From an uncultured Poribacteria bacterium (GTDB lineage: Bacteria; Poribacteria; WGA-4E; WGA-3G), in contig CATQHZ020000001.1 in NCBI GenBank assembly GCA_958296135.2, positions 4,320,001 through 4,384,000 of the forward strand: a stretch of 64,000 bases of DNA. Reading direction: 5' to 3'. The stretch's first letter is position 1. Each line of letters begins with the position of its first letter. Below, one piece after another: positions 39,130 through 49,448 of the stretch. Both the position numbers and the translations under genes were made by a program. The notes under the pieces were generated by a model. The model was given only the letters and a program-made list of their open reading frames with translations. It was not told where the DNA came from and made no database searches.

Positions 39130-40161
39130 CCCCTCTTTTGTGAGTATCTCTATCTTCGCACGAAGCAGCCCGCGGGGTTACAAACCTCGCCTGCCGATAA
39201 AAAATGGGGTTGGCTCAGTTTCGCGCTCATCGGCATCGGGATTTTGACTGCCATCGCGCAACTCAAGCCGCCGCCGAATACCGGATTCGCCATCGATTGG
39301 AAATTTGACTACGAAACAGAGCACTTCTTCAAAGTGCTGAAGCTCATCTCGCGCGCATATCTGCCTATCCCGAAGCCAACGCGCCACTTTTGGAATTCGC
39401 AGCAACTTGAGGCATACCCGCTCTTCCAAACCCTCCAGATGCCGCTCTGTTTTCTCCTCATTCTCTTCGGCGTCGGGTTGACATGTAAACGCCCTACCGC
39501 CTTGCTCATCTATCTCACCGCAACACTCGGACTGCTCGCGTTTTTCTATGTCAAGTATTACGGCAGCATCCGTCACCACGGATTCCTATTCCTGACATTT
39601 CTGACGGTTGCGTGGATTTATCGGGAGTGTCCGGAGATAGGGACAGATGCACAGTTGAAAACCGCGCCTACCGACAGCGAGGAAACGCGTCCGGCACGCG
39701 CGTTCAGCATCATCCTCACCCTCATCCTCGGCTGCCATTTTATGGGTGGTGTCATCGCCGTTAGCATGGATACCCGACATATTTTCTCTTGCGGCAAACA
39801 GACAGCTGAATATATCAAGGCACAAGGGATGCAGGAGATGCCGATGGTAGGCGACACAGATTTCGCCGCTAGCACCATCGTCGGGTATTTAGAGAAAGCG
39901 GTTATTTACTATCCGCGCGGAAGGCGGTTCGGTTCATTTATCCGTTGGGACAGCGCGCGCACTACGGATGTTCCCGACGCGGCTGTCATTGAAGCGGCAA
40001 AAGTGTTAAGCACGCAGACTTCACAACCGGTGCTGATTATCCTGAACCGCGCCGTGAGCGCGCAGCTGCAGGAACGGTATCGTCTCATCAACGTGGCACA
40101 TTTTACCGGTTCTACCATCAGCGACGAAGAATTCTCCCTTTATCAAATGCCCGCGCACTAA
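39130..40161 (+). pseudogene. 5'-truncated polytopic membrane protein (glycosyltransferase-like architecture)
   Basis: The long multi-TM frame begins directly after a GTAG palindrome (39104-39128) with no RBS or plausible start codon. Confidence 0.5.
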
Positions 40162-40215
40162 AAAAGCGACAATTTTCCGTTAAATTCAAAAAAAGTCATT
40201 TTTTTCGTTTTTTAT

Positions 40216-40255
40216 GGTACCTTTTGCGCGAAATTCACGTCTAACGTGTTAAAAG
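40216..40255 (+). promoter_or_regulatory. Putative ECF sigma-factor promoter
   Basis: GGTACC-16 bp-CGTCTAA(CGTGTTAAAAG). The same motif lies upstream of the ECF gene at 52617-52656. Confidence 0.7.
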
Positions 40256-40398
40256 CAGGTATATCCAAAAAAGTTGGGCCATTTCTCCGAAAATGCCCTA
40301 CAATGAGGAGATATAATGATGCTGAGCAACATTGGCGATGGATTTTTCCGCATGTCAACAGTCTCTCTTTTAGAGGGAGGCAAACGGAGGAAATCAAA

Positions 40399-40887
40399 AT
40401 GAAAACGGCAGTGAAATGCCTAACGCTCATCGGGATACTTGCGCTGTTCAGCCTTGTTATCACCGATATTGCTCCCACGGATCACCCGCCCTCAAGGCAG
40501 GAATCTCGCTGGGTAGGCAACGTCTACGGTTCGGTTGAGATATGGGGGCTCAGTTGGAATCACCCCCGTACAAGCACCTCGCACCACGTCTCTGTCTCTA
40601 ACGAGAGCGACTTCAACGCGAGTTACCTTTACGAGTTTAAGCATTCAATCCTTGAAGGCGGGGGACATGAGATAAAGATGCCTAACCCACCGGTGGAGGT
40701 AACGCTTAAGCCCGATGAGGACGCTGTCTTCATGAAGACAGCGAGTCTCGGATTTACCAATCTCAACAATCTTGGGATCGAGCCTAACGGCATGTTTACA
40801 GTCTCTGCTTACAGCCGCGTCGAGATTCACGCAAGGGGTGCCCGCGGTGGCTGGAAAGTGACACTTAAGCATAGGTTCAACGAATAA
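40399..40887 (+). CDS. Secreted hypothetical protein
   Basis: GGAGG RBS, MKTAVK signal peptide and beta-rich mature region. Confidence 0.7.
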   Translation: MKTAVKCLTLIGILALFSLVITDIAPTDHPPSRQESRWVGNVYGSVEIWGLSWNHPRTSTSHHVSVSNESDFNASYLYEFKHSILEGGGHEIKMPNPPVEVTLKPDEDAVFMKTASLGFTNLNNLGIEPNGMFTVSAYSRVEIHARGARGGWKVTLKHRFNE

Positions 40888-40975
40888 GGCGGCTTCAGCC
40901 ACCGCATCCGCGTTGCCTGTCACGCTGAGGGGGTGACAGGCAACGGCGCCGCTCTTAAGAGCAGGAGAAATACCC

Positions 40976-42064
40976 ATGAACAGACACAAAATCGGCAGCG
41001 TTTGGCGATACGCCGCCGCGCTCTGCCTCCTCTGCTTATGCGTTCACCGGCCCACGGTTGCAGACATCGTCTTCACCTCCAACCGCGATGGACAACTAGC
41101 GTCGCTTGACAACGAAATCTACATCATGAACGATGAGGGCAGCAACGTCCGCCGGATAACATACGATGGACACCGGAAAAGACTCGTACGGTGGTCTCCC
41201 GATGGCAGGCACCTCCTGTTTTCCATGGATTTAGCCCCCGTCACTCCCGGCGAGGAGAAACAGAATGACATCTTCCTGATGCATCTGGGCAGGCACCGGG
41301 TGCAGACACTCATCGAACATCCGGCGCTAGATGGCCAGGTGGCTTGGGCCCCCGATGGCCAGCGCATTGCCTTTTCAAGCACGCGGAACGGCCTATTGGA
41401 AATCTATGTGCTGCATCTCAATAGCGGGGCACTCCAGCAACTGACGCACAGCGAGGCCGAAGTCCGTGGATACGCAATGGCACCGGACTGGGCGCCCAAT
41501 GGCCGCGAGATTGCCTACGAACTCGCGTTGCCCGGGCAAGGCCGGCACATCTACATCATGGATGCGGATGGAAAACGGAATCGGCCCCTCGTCAAGCAAG
41601 CACCCCTTATCCTAGGGACAACCTTGATGAACTTCAGTCCACGCTGGGCACCGGACGGTGAACGTATTCTCTATCGCGCGGTGACGTCCGTACTAGAAGG
41701 AAACACCTTTCGATTGGCTTCAGCACGTTTCATCATTCGCGACAGACAGGGTGCCACCCCCCGAGCCCTTGACACCCCAGACACTTGGCGACTCAACGCA
41801 GCGTGCTGGGCTGAGGAGGGAGCGGTGATTCTTTTTGCTGCATCCGAAACTGACTCCTTGATGGACACAGTTAGGCCGCCTTACGATATCTATCGCTATG
41901 AACTTGCCAGTCGACAGATTACCAACCTCACTAACCATCCTAGTGAGGATTGGGCGGCGGACTGGACAGCTCACAGTCTTCCTGTTTCCACTACGGGGAA
42001 ACTCACCACGCAATGGAGCCAGATAAAGGCCGGCAAGTCGTCAAGCGGCCATCCCCCTTTTTAG
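40976..42064 (+). CDS. Secreted TolB-like (PD40/WD40) beta-propeller protein with the conserved C-terminal tail
   Basis: IVFTSNRDG, repeated W(S/A)P(D/N)G and C-terminal PVSTTGKLTTQWSQIK. Confidence 0.88.
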   Translation: MNRHKIGSVWRYAAALCLLCLCVHRPTVADIVFTSNRDGQLASLDNEIYIMNDEGSNVRRITYDGHRKRLVRWSPDGRHLLFSMDLAPVTPGEEKQNDIFLMHLGRHRVQTLIEHPALDGQVAWAPDGQRIAFSSTRNGLLEIYVLHLNSGALQQLTHSEAEVRGYAMAPDWAPNGREIAYELALPGQGRHIYIMDADGKRNRPLVKQAPLILGTTLMNFSPRWAPDGERILYRAVTSVLEGNTFRLASARFIIRDRQGATPRALDTPDTWRLNAACWAEEGAVILFAASETDSLMDTVRPPYDIYRYELASRQITNLTNHPSEDWAADWTAHSLPVSTTGKLTTQWSQIKAGKSSSGHPPF

Positions 42065-42229
42065 CCGCTGCATCCCTTGGCGTGCGAGATGCTACGTAGA
42101 TTGGGGTTTTAGGTTACGGACGCGCTTTCAGTGAACGGGTGTCAGCCGGCGCGAACGCCCGTTCATTCTAATAGGAGAATAGAAACCATGAACATCAAAC
42201 CCATACATGCCATCGACATTCTCGTGATA

Positions 42230-42425
42230 TAGGCGCACCAGCTCCTTGGAAACAGCGTCACGAACCTCTTTACGAAGGGCACGACGCAACACCACATCCA
42301 CCTTGCACCCGAACTTATCATCCAAGAAATCCCCAAGTCTGACAAGATGGAACAGACTAGCACCGGCATCGAAATCTACCAACAGAGCCAAGTCGCTCGC
42401 CGCACTACGGCGACGGACGTATAGA
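42230..42425 (-). pseudogene. Decayed minimal nucleotidyltransferase (MNT antitoxin-like)
   Basis: YVR....SDLALLVDF...SLF.LV.L.DFL.D.FG.KVDVV...LR.E; lacks the N-terminus and one catalytic Asp. Confidence 0.6.
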
Positions 42426-42809
42426 GAATAGCCACTGAGCCAAACTCAAGATTGCACTCAATGTCGCAACCCCGCCAAAAATCCACATCCCTAACCGAGT
42501 CTTGGCATGATGGGCATTGACCTCATTACGCGCACGCGCTTCAAGCGTACCGCGTATCCACGCAACGTCTACTTTAACATCCGCAACATCCGCCTGCGTC
42601 TGCTTCACATCTGCCTGCGTCTGTTTTCCATCCACCTGCGTCTGCTTCACATCTGCCTGCGTCTGTTTTCCATCCACCTGCGTCTGCTTCACATCCGCCT
42701 GCGTCTGCTTGATATCAGTTTGCATCTGGGGAATAGGGGCAGTCTGCACCTCCAGCTTCGTTAGCCTATCTCCCTGTGCTTCCAACATCTCACGGGTTTC
42801 GCTATCCAT
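42405..42809 (-). CDS. Small coiled-coil protein with heptad tandem repeats and a C-terminal TM helix
   Basis: GGAGGTG RBS; about six KQTQ(A/V)D(V/G)-type heptads; hydrophobic C-terminus. Confidence 0.7.
   Translation of the reverse strand: MDSETREMLEAQGDRLTKLEVQTAPIPQMQTDIKQTQADVKQTQVDGKQTQADVKQTQVDGKQTQADVKQTQADVADVKVDVAWIRGTLEARARNEVNAHHAKTRLGMWIFGGVATLSAILSLAQWLFSIRPSP
42587..42720. repeat. 21-bp coding tandem repeat (about six units)
   Basis: Repeated CATC(C/T)(G/A)CCTGCGTCTG(C/T)TT(C/T)(A/C). Confidence 0.9.
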
Positions 42810-43187
42810 AGTCACACCTCCATTATTGTTTTGACAACTATTATACGACATTCCAGGAGAAAAATCAAGCTTAAACCGCACAGAGGCCAGAACGATTCAG
42901 TTCTCCCCTTTTGTAGTTCGGGCTCGCCCTGCTTCGCAGGCAACCCCAACAGTGGACATCTCTGCGGGAAGATGGACGATCAGGAAAACCTGAGCGTCTT
43001 GACAGGCGTGACCCCGCAGAGATGCCAAAGTTTAGGCGTGACGGTCCAGCTCGGGCGAGCTAGTTTCCCTACAAGGAGGGGGCCGTTGTCAATTTTCACT
43101 GTTGACATCAAAACCGAACACGGAATGTCTTTGCGCAGCGGCAAACCATAAAATAACCAGCTCTGTAGGCACGGTTTGAAACAGCAC

Positions 43188-44999
43188 CTACCAAGGATAC
43201 GCATCCAACGCCCCTTGCCACCTTTTAAGCTGCGCCACGCGCTGGGCGGCATCGGTAGGAATTTCAAGCGGCCTGCCGCGGGTATCCACTACCAAACCGA
43301 CGACACCCCCCATCGCTGTCGCTTCAACGGCGTTGCCGCGTCCAGCCCCGAGGTCGAACCGGCGTTCGGGGTGGAGCTTCACCGTCGCTTTTTCGCCCAA
43401 TGCAAGCGGATACAGCCGCAGTTCACCAAAAGAGATTTCCTCCATCTGCGGCGGTTTGCCAGCGATGTCGATTTCAACGGAGAGACACGCCTCACCCTGC
43501 TTCCCTACGCCGACCGGGGCGATACAGGTACCGAGGTGAATTAAACAATCGCGTTCAAAAACGTGCGTCGCGGCTTCCGCATTCACCTGCGCGAGGACAC
43601 CGAGCTGCGGCATCATGAAGATACTATCCACGGCGAGGTGCGTGAGCCCCTCGGGTTGGAATGCATCTATCATCATCAGCATCGCCTGCTGCCGGCGCGG
43701 CGCATGCGACAGCACGCCGCCACTCCCAACCAGCATGTCTAAACTCAGCATATTCACAAGCGTCTGCCCGCTTTCTGTCTGATCGAACGCTTCGGAGATG
43801 GTGCGCTGTTGCTGCACGCCGCGCAATTCCACGGCGAGCTGCTTGTGTTGCTCAAACGCTAACCGCAGTGCCTCGCGCGCGATGGCTTGTTCCAAAACCA
43901 ACTCCTGCAACGTTTGTGGAATCGTCGTCGGGCGAATCATCTTGTTTTTCACGCGATTCCGAAGATCTCCCACCTCAATGTCAAACGGCACCCATCGCAG
44001 GACGTTCTCAAGTCCGGCTTCGGCGAGGACGTTAGAAACGCTATAACTCATGCCGAGGTTCGCACTGACGGTGCGATTGAAAATCGGCGCCGCCTCCCTA
44101 TTTTTGAAAACGGAGAACACATCGGTAGTCGCGCCGCCGATGTCCACACCGACTACCTTAATATCCTGTTGCGCCGCTACAGTCTGGATAATCGCGCCTA
44201 CCGCGCCCGGTGTCGGCATGATAGGCGCATCTGTCCAACCGATGAGTTTCTTATAGCCCGGCGCGTGTGCCATGACGTGTTCAAGGAACTGCTCCTGAAT
44301 CTTGAGGCGCGTCGGCATCAACTCCTCGCGCTCTAAAACCGGACGGAGATTGTCCACTATCTCCAAGGACATCACACCTTCCAAGCATTCCCGAATCAGT
44401 TCGCGGGCATCTTTGTTCCCGGCGTAGATCAGCGGCAGCTCGTATGCAATGCCTAACCGCGGCTGAGGCCGCGCCGCGGCGATAATCTCCGCCAATTCCA
44501 CGACGTGTGAAGTGGTGCCGCCATCTACGCCGCCGGAGAGGAGAAGCATGTCCGGACGCAAGTGCCGAATCCGTTCAATCTTCTCGTGCGGGAGGCGTTT
44601 GTCGTTGGATGCGATGACATCCATGACAATCGCGCCGGCACCGAGCGCAGCGCGCTCCGCACTCTCCGCCGTGAGATTCCGGACAACGCCGGCCACCATC
44701 ATCTGCAACCCACCGCCTGCACTGCTGGTTGAAATGTAGAGATCTACGCCTTCGTCGCCGCGTTGCGGTTTCAAGATAACCCCATCGTCCAGCAATTTCC
44801 GGCCGGCGAGCTCCTCCACTTCGGTGATAGCGTTGATAACGCCAGCGGTTACGTCTTCGACAGGTGCCTCCACGGTGGTAGGTGATTCGCCGCGCACGAT
44901 GAGCTGATAGGCACCGCCGCGCTTCTCAATCAGAATCGCTTTGGTTGTGGTGCTGCCACAATCTGTGGCAAGAATCGAACGGATATCCCCTTCTGGCAT
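43188..44999 (-). CDS. Glutamate mutase L (GlmL)-like actin/ASKHA-fold ATPase
   Basis: TDCGSTTTK, SSAGGGL, SGGVDGG, MPTPGAV and VDIGGATTDVFS motifs. Confidence 0.8.
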   Translation of the reverse strand: MPEGDIRSILATDCGSTTTKAILIEKRGGAYQLIVRGESPTTVEAPVEDVTAGVINAITEVEELAGRKLLDDGVILKPQRGDEGVDLYISTSSAGGGLQMMVAGVVRNLTAESAERAALGAGAIVMDVIASNDKRLPHEKIERIRHLRPDMLLLSGGVDGGTTSHVVELAEIIAAARPQPRLGIAYELPLIYAGNKDARELIRECLEGVMSLEIVDNLRPVLEREELMPTRLKIQEQFLEHVMAHAPGYKKLIGWTDAPIMPTPGAVGAIIQTVAAQQDIKVVGVDIGGATTDVFSVFKNREAAPIFNRTVSANLGMSYSVSNVLAEAGLENVLRWVPFDIEVGDLRNRVKNKMIRPTTIPQTLQELVLEQAIAREALRLAFEQHKQLAVELRGVQQQRTISEAFDQTESGQTLVNMLSLDMLVGSGGVLSHAPRRQQAMLMMIDAFQPEGLTHLAVDSIFMMPQLGVLAQVNAEAATHVFERDCLIHLGTCIAPVGVGKQGEACLSVEIDIAGKPPQMEEISFGELRLYPLALGEKATVKLHPERRFDLGAGRGNAVEATAMGGVVGLVVDTRGRPLEIPTDAAQRVAQLKRWQGALDAYPW

Positions 45000-45059
45000 A
45001 GGTGTTGTGTTCCTTTGGAAGCGGGCGGATAGAGACATCCGTCCCTACAATCGCCTTGG

Positions 45060-45851
45060 TTAATACCCCAACTGCTGCAAATACTCGCGATTGACAGACA
45101 TGCGCTCCACATCCGACCGGGCTTCTACCTGCCCAGGGCATGCAGTAACCCATCTGTCGTAGCCGAGCTCGTCTAGTGTCGCCATGATCTCGGGGAAGTC
45201 CATAACGGTGCCGCCGCCCACATCCACCCAGTTCACATCGTAAGGCGTGCCATCGCCGCCGGTAACCCCCGAATAATCCTGCAGGTGGACATAGACGAGC
45301 GCATCGCGATAGCGGCGGATGGATGCAACCGGGTCATAGCCCCAAAGCGCGGAATGCGACACGTCAATACAGAGTTTGCATTTGCGGAGCAGGCTCATAT
45401 ATTTCGCCCAGTCGTCAATCGAATCGACGGTGGTGTTGGTATGGATATGATAGCAGACCTCGAGGCCATACTGCGCCGCGTATTCTGCCCAGTCTTCGGA
45501 CACATCGGCGAGCGCGGCAAGATCGGTGTTATCTACCGGCCGGTCGCCCGGTTTCCCCGCACCCATAAACATAAAGCAGTCTGCTTCCACTTCCGCTGCA
45601 AAATCGATGCGCCGTTTGTTCAGTTCCATCTGCTGCCGCTCCTTGTCCAGCGGCAGTCCACGCGCGGTGACAGCGGCGACTGGAAGTCCGACGTTATCAC
45701 ACACCTGTCGGATGCGGTTCGGCGTGCCTACCCAGTCTAAGGCCTGCCGCATTTCCCAGCCATCCCAGCCAGCCGCCTTGAGCTGCGTAAGGAGTTCCTC
45801 GAAATCTGGCGTTTGCCAGCGTAAGGTGCTGTATCCAAATTTGAAAGCCAT
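45060..45851 (-). CDS. Sugar phosphate isomerase/epimerase (xylose isomerase-like TIM barrel)
   Basis: GWDGWE, YHIH, IDVSH and YVHLQD motifs. Confidence 0.8.
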   Translation of the reverse strand: MAFKFGYSTLRWQTPDFEELLTQLKAAGWDGWEMRQALDWVGTPNRIRQVCDNVGLPVAAVTARGLPLDKERQQMELNKRRIDFAAEVEADCFMFMGAGKPGDRPVDNTDLAALADVSEDWAEYAAQYGLEVCYHIHTNTTVDSIDDWAKYMSLLRKCKLCIDVSHSALWGYDPVASIRRYRDALVYVHLQDYSGVTGGDGTPYDVNWVDVGGGTVMDFPEIMATLDELGYDRWVTACPGQVEARSDVERMSVNREYLQQLGY

Positions 45852-45969
45852 AGTTTCCTCCTAATGACACCTCGCGGGGGACAGGCCCCCGCGCTACGTT
45901 CCAAAGAACTGCCCCTCTATCGTAGGGCGAGGGCCTGTCCCTCGCCAAACAACGCCGTTCAACGTTTCT

Positions 45970-47130
45970 TTAACCACGATACAACGTCCGCATCTGCTGG
46001 ATAACCTTCGGCAATTTCGCGAGAACCTCGTCAATTTCCGCCTCCGTCGTATTTCTGCCGAGGGAGAAGCGGACGGTGCCTTGCGCTAACCGCGGCGGCA
46101 ACCCTAATGCCGCAAGCACATGCGACGGCTCCATCGAACCCGAAGTGCATGCCGAACCCGTCGAAACACAGATGCCCTCCATATCCAACCGCAAGATGAG
46201 GCTTTCGCCCTCAATGTTTTCAAAGGAGACGTTGAGGGTGCCGGGGGCACAATAGTCTGGATGTCCGTTATAGTGAAGCCCACTGAGATGCGCATCTAAC
46301 CCCTCGCGCAATCGCTCGGTTACGTTATGGAGGTGCGCGGCGTAAACACCCTGCTCCCGTTTGGCAAACTCGGCAGCGGCACCGAGCCCGACGATGGCAG
46401 GCACATTCTCCGAGCCAGCACGACGATTCCGTTCGTGCGAACCGCCGTGGACAAGATTCGCCAATCGGGTGCCGCGGCGAATGTAAAGCACACCGATGCC
46501 CTTCGGCCCGTAAATTTTGTGCCCCGACAACGTCAGCAGGTTAACACCCAACGCCTGAACGTCAATATCCAACTTCCCTACCGATTGCACGGCATCGGTA
46601 TGCAACGGAATCCCATGCTCTCGTGCAATCTCGCAAATTTCTTCAAGCGGCTGAATGGTGCCGTTCTCGTTGTTGACGTGCATGATGGATATCAGCACCG
46701 TCGTGTCGCGAATAGCGGCGCGAAGTTGCTCCAAGCAGACACGGCCATACCGGTCGACCGGGAGATACGTCACTTCAAACCCGCGTTGCTCAAGGTAGTG
46801 GCACGTATGCAACACGGCGTGATGCTCCACAGACGAAGTGATGATATGATTCCCCTTGCCCCGGCTCTTTTCGAGTTCCGTCAGCCCTTTGATAGCGTGG
46901 TTATCCGCTTCAGTACCACTGCCGGTGAACACGATTTCGCTTGAACTCTTCGCACTGATAAGCGCGGCGACTTGCTCGCGGGCGGTATCAATCGCGTTGC
47001 GCGCCTCGCGTCCGTAGGCATGAATGCTAGCACCGTTGCCGAACGCCTCTGTGAAATAGGGCATCATCGCATCCCGCACTTCGGGACGGAGCGGTGTAGT
47101 GGCGTTGTAATCTAAATAGATACGTTGCAT
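45970..47130 (-). CDS. iscS: Cysteine desulfurase (IscS/NifS family)
   Basis: YLDYNATTP, HTDAVQ, SGHKIYGPKG and STGSACTSGS motifs. Confidence 0.92.
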   Translation of the reverse strand: MQRIYLDYNATTPLRPEVRDAMMPYFTEAFGNGASIHAYGREARNAIDTAREQVAALISAKSSSEIVFTGSGTEADNHAIKGLTELEKSRGKGNHIITSSVEHHAVLHTCHYLEQRGFEVTYLPVDRYGRVCLEQLRAAIRDTTVLISIMHVNNENGTIQPLEEICEIAREHGIPLHTDAVQSVGKLDIDVQALGVNLLTLSGHKIYGPKGIGVLYIRRGTRLANLVHGGSHERNRRAGSENVPAIVGLGAAAEFAKREQGVYAAHLHNVTERLREGLDAHLSGLHYNGHPDYCAPGTLNVSFENIEGESLILRLDMEGICVSTGSACTSGSMEPSHVLAALGLPPRLAQGTVRFSLGRNTTEAEIDEVLAKLPKVIQQMRTLYRG

Positions 47131-47145
47131 GGTTATGTCCGTGCG

Positions 47146-48498
47146 CTACTCATAAGTTCGATGATTCAGAAAGGTTATCCGATTCGGAAAAATTTCAACA
47201 TTCACCCGGTTACGTAAAGCAACACCACCGTTCCGATTTAAAAACGAGAGGTTCACCGTATGCGTCCCTGTGGGAAGCGGCATCCGCACCATCAATATCT
47301 GGTTCGGCAGCGTCTGCCATGAACGCGTATCCGCGCCTTCTGTAAACACACCGGCAAGGTTCACGAGTGTCCCTAAAAGACCGTCTTTCTTGTTTGCCTC
47401 GCGGTATAGGAGGTATTTTCCCAAAGCACGTAACAAAGTTCGGAAGAGAATTATGGGGTAATCGGCCTCAAAGGTTTCCAACGCGATTTTTTCGACATCT
47501 TCTACCAAAACCCCTCTCGCCTGCGCTTGGCCCACCTGCACGTTAATCCCCGCGAATTTCGGACGTTTTGAATGGCTTATAGGCATCGCAACGCGCAGGA
47601 GGTATTCCAATTCAACTTCGGGATAGGTTCGTCCCTCGCGCCCTAAAAGTGTCGGAATAAACTTTTCAATTTCCTCATCGTCTTCGCCGAACTTATCTAT
47701 CTTCAAAATAGGAAATACCAGGTCGAACTGTTCCTTCTCTGGCACATATCCCGTTTCATAAAAGAGGATCAGCTCGCCATGGCCTTCAGGATGTGCAGGC
47801 GGTTCCCCATATTGCTTTTCGTAACGCGTAACAAACTCAGTAAATCCCAATTTGCGCGACAATCTCACCAGAGAATTGCCAACATCTTCGGGCAGTGACA
47901 CCTCTGTCTTCTCCGCGGCCTTTTGATAATATTCTTCAGCCTGTCGGTAAGAGATGAAGGCATCGTTCCACTCACCGGCGGCTTCAAAAACCATGGCAGA
48001 CAGATGCGCCGAAAAAGCACTCCCAAAGAAATCATAGTTCTTAACATCACTTTTGAACGCGTTGATGATGCCTGCCGCTTGGCGGCATTCTACGAGTGCC
48101 CCGTCAAGTTGATTGAGATACACGTAGTTGAGAATCTGATAGTAGTAGCCCAAAAGCCGCTCATAACGTTTGCCGGGATACGGACGCACCTTATCGGAAG
48201 TGAGAAGCGAGAGTGCCTCTTTTGAAAGACTCTTCGTCCACCGGTCATCGGCGATAACTTCTGCCTGCTCAAGGGCCTGGTTGCTATCCGAAAACTGGTT
48301 CGCGTAATGCGCAACCAACCCGAACTCAAAGAGCAGCGGGATATCCGCCTTCTTCGCCGCCTGTTTCTTCAGGTTCGTGTAGGCCTGCACATACGCCCCA
48401 GTCTCCATCGAAACACGGAGCTCTTGCATGCTATACGGACTACACCCCACTGCTAGCAAGAACAATAGGAACAACAGAATCGGTAATATTTTGCTCAT
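47146..48498 (-). CDS. TPR-like lipoprotein (COG3014-like)
   Basis: Lipobox AVGC, ALVECR and ADTRSWQTLP; adjacent to lpoB. Confidence 0.7.
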   Translation of the reverse strand: MSKILPILLFLLFLLAVGCSPYSMQELRVSMETGAYVQAYTNLKKQAAKKADIPLLFEFGLVAHYANQFSDSNQALEQAEVIADDRWTKSLSKEALSLLTSDKVRPYPGKRYERLLGYYYQILNYVYLNQLDGALVECRQAAGIINAFKSDVKNYDFFGSAFSAHLSAMVFEAAGEWNDAFISYRQAEEYYQKAAEKTEVSLPEDVGNSLVRLSRKLGFTEFVTRYEKQYGEPPAHPEGHGELILFYETGYVPEKEQFDLVFPILKIDKFGEDDEEIEKFIPTLLGREGRTYPEVELEYLLRVAMPISHSKRPKFAGINVQVGQAQARGVLVEDVEKIALETFEADYPIILFRTLLRALGKYLLYREANKKDGLLGTLVNLAGVFTEGADTRSWQTLPNQILMVRMPLPTGTHTVNLSFLNRNGGVALRNRVNVEIFPNRITFLNHRTYE

Positions 48499-48679
48499 AA
48501 TTTCGTGTGTGGGCGATAGGCGCGCTTTGATGAAGATTCAAAAAAGAAACGGCTCATTTTTTGCCCGATGGAAACAGGCGGATAGAGACATCCGCCCTGA
48601 CACGCATAGCGCGTGCACGCTCCCCGAAAATCATCCGATTAACTACTGAAACTTCAAGGCGGCGCGCCGACAAGCGCAA

Positions 48680-49282
48680 CTACATTTTGAACTTACCGCG
48701 CCCGATGAACTTCTTAATCTTTTTCTGCCCGATCCAGACTTTCTCGTTAGTCTCGATGTTCGTCAACGTCAAATCTGTCTGATAAAATATGACCTGGTCG
48801 CCACCCTCGCGGTCTTCGATGGTGTTGATTTCGCCTGTCATCATGTAATCGGCACCGAGTTCCCGGCCCATCCGTTTGATGGTTTCGATGGCGGCGAATT
48901 CGCCCTGGTCGGTGCGCTCCTCGCGAAGCTCGCCACGTTCACTAGCACTTGACACAGTGCGAACCTTCCCGGAATTGATAAAAGCGCGCTCAATATCGCT
49001 AATGAACGTCTGGACAGCAATGTGCTCCATGCTCTTGTTCCGAATGCCACCGACGATGACGACCGGTTTCGCCGATGCATCTACCATGTGATCGGTCAGC
49101 CAAGGATGGGTCAAACAATCGCCGATGATGCCATCCGCCACGAGGCGGGAATCAGAATCGTTCCAACGGCCGGAAAGATCGATGGTGGTATCGCTATCGA
49201 CGCGCGTCACCTGTTTCGCAGGACTACACCCGATGAGAAGGACAAGTCCGAACAGTAGAGGATATGTCAAAATTTTATACAT
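48680..49282 (-). CDS. lpoB: Penicillin-binding protein activator LpoB family lipoprotein
   Basis: Lipobox LIGC, DLSGRWND.D and GADYMMTGEI motifs. Confidence 0.8.
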   Translation of the reverse strand: MYKILTYPLLFGLVLLIGCSPAKQVTRVDSDTTIDLSGRWNDSDSRLVADGIIGDCLTHPWLTDHMVDASAKPVVIVGGIRNKSMEHIAVQTFISDIERAFINSGKVRTVSSASERGELREERTDQGEFAAIETIKRMGRELGADYMMTGEINTIEDREGGDQVIFYQTDLTLTNIETNEKVWIGQKKIKKFIGRGKFKM

Positions 49283-49448
49283 GAGGCTTTTTCCTTTCTT
49301 TATTGCGGGCGGATAGAGACATCCGCCCTTACCTTTCTTTATGCGGGCGTTTGCCCGCGTATCATGTAGCGCGGGGGGCCTGCCCCCCCGCGAACCTTTC
49401 GCGTCCCACGGACAAAGGGGACATGCTTAGGTTTCATTTTCATCAAAA

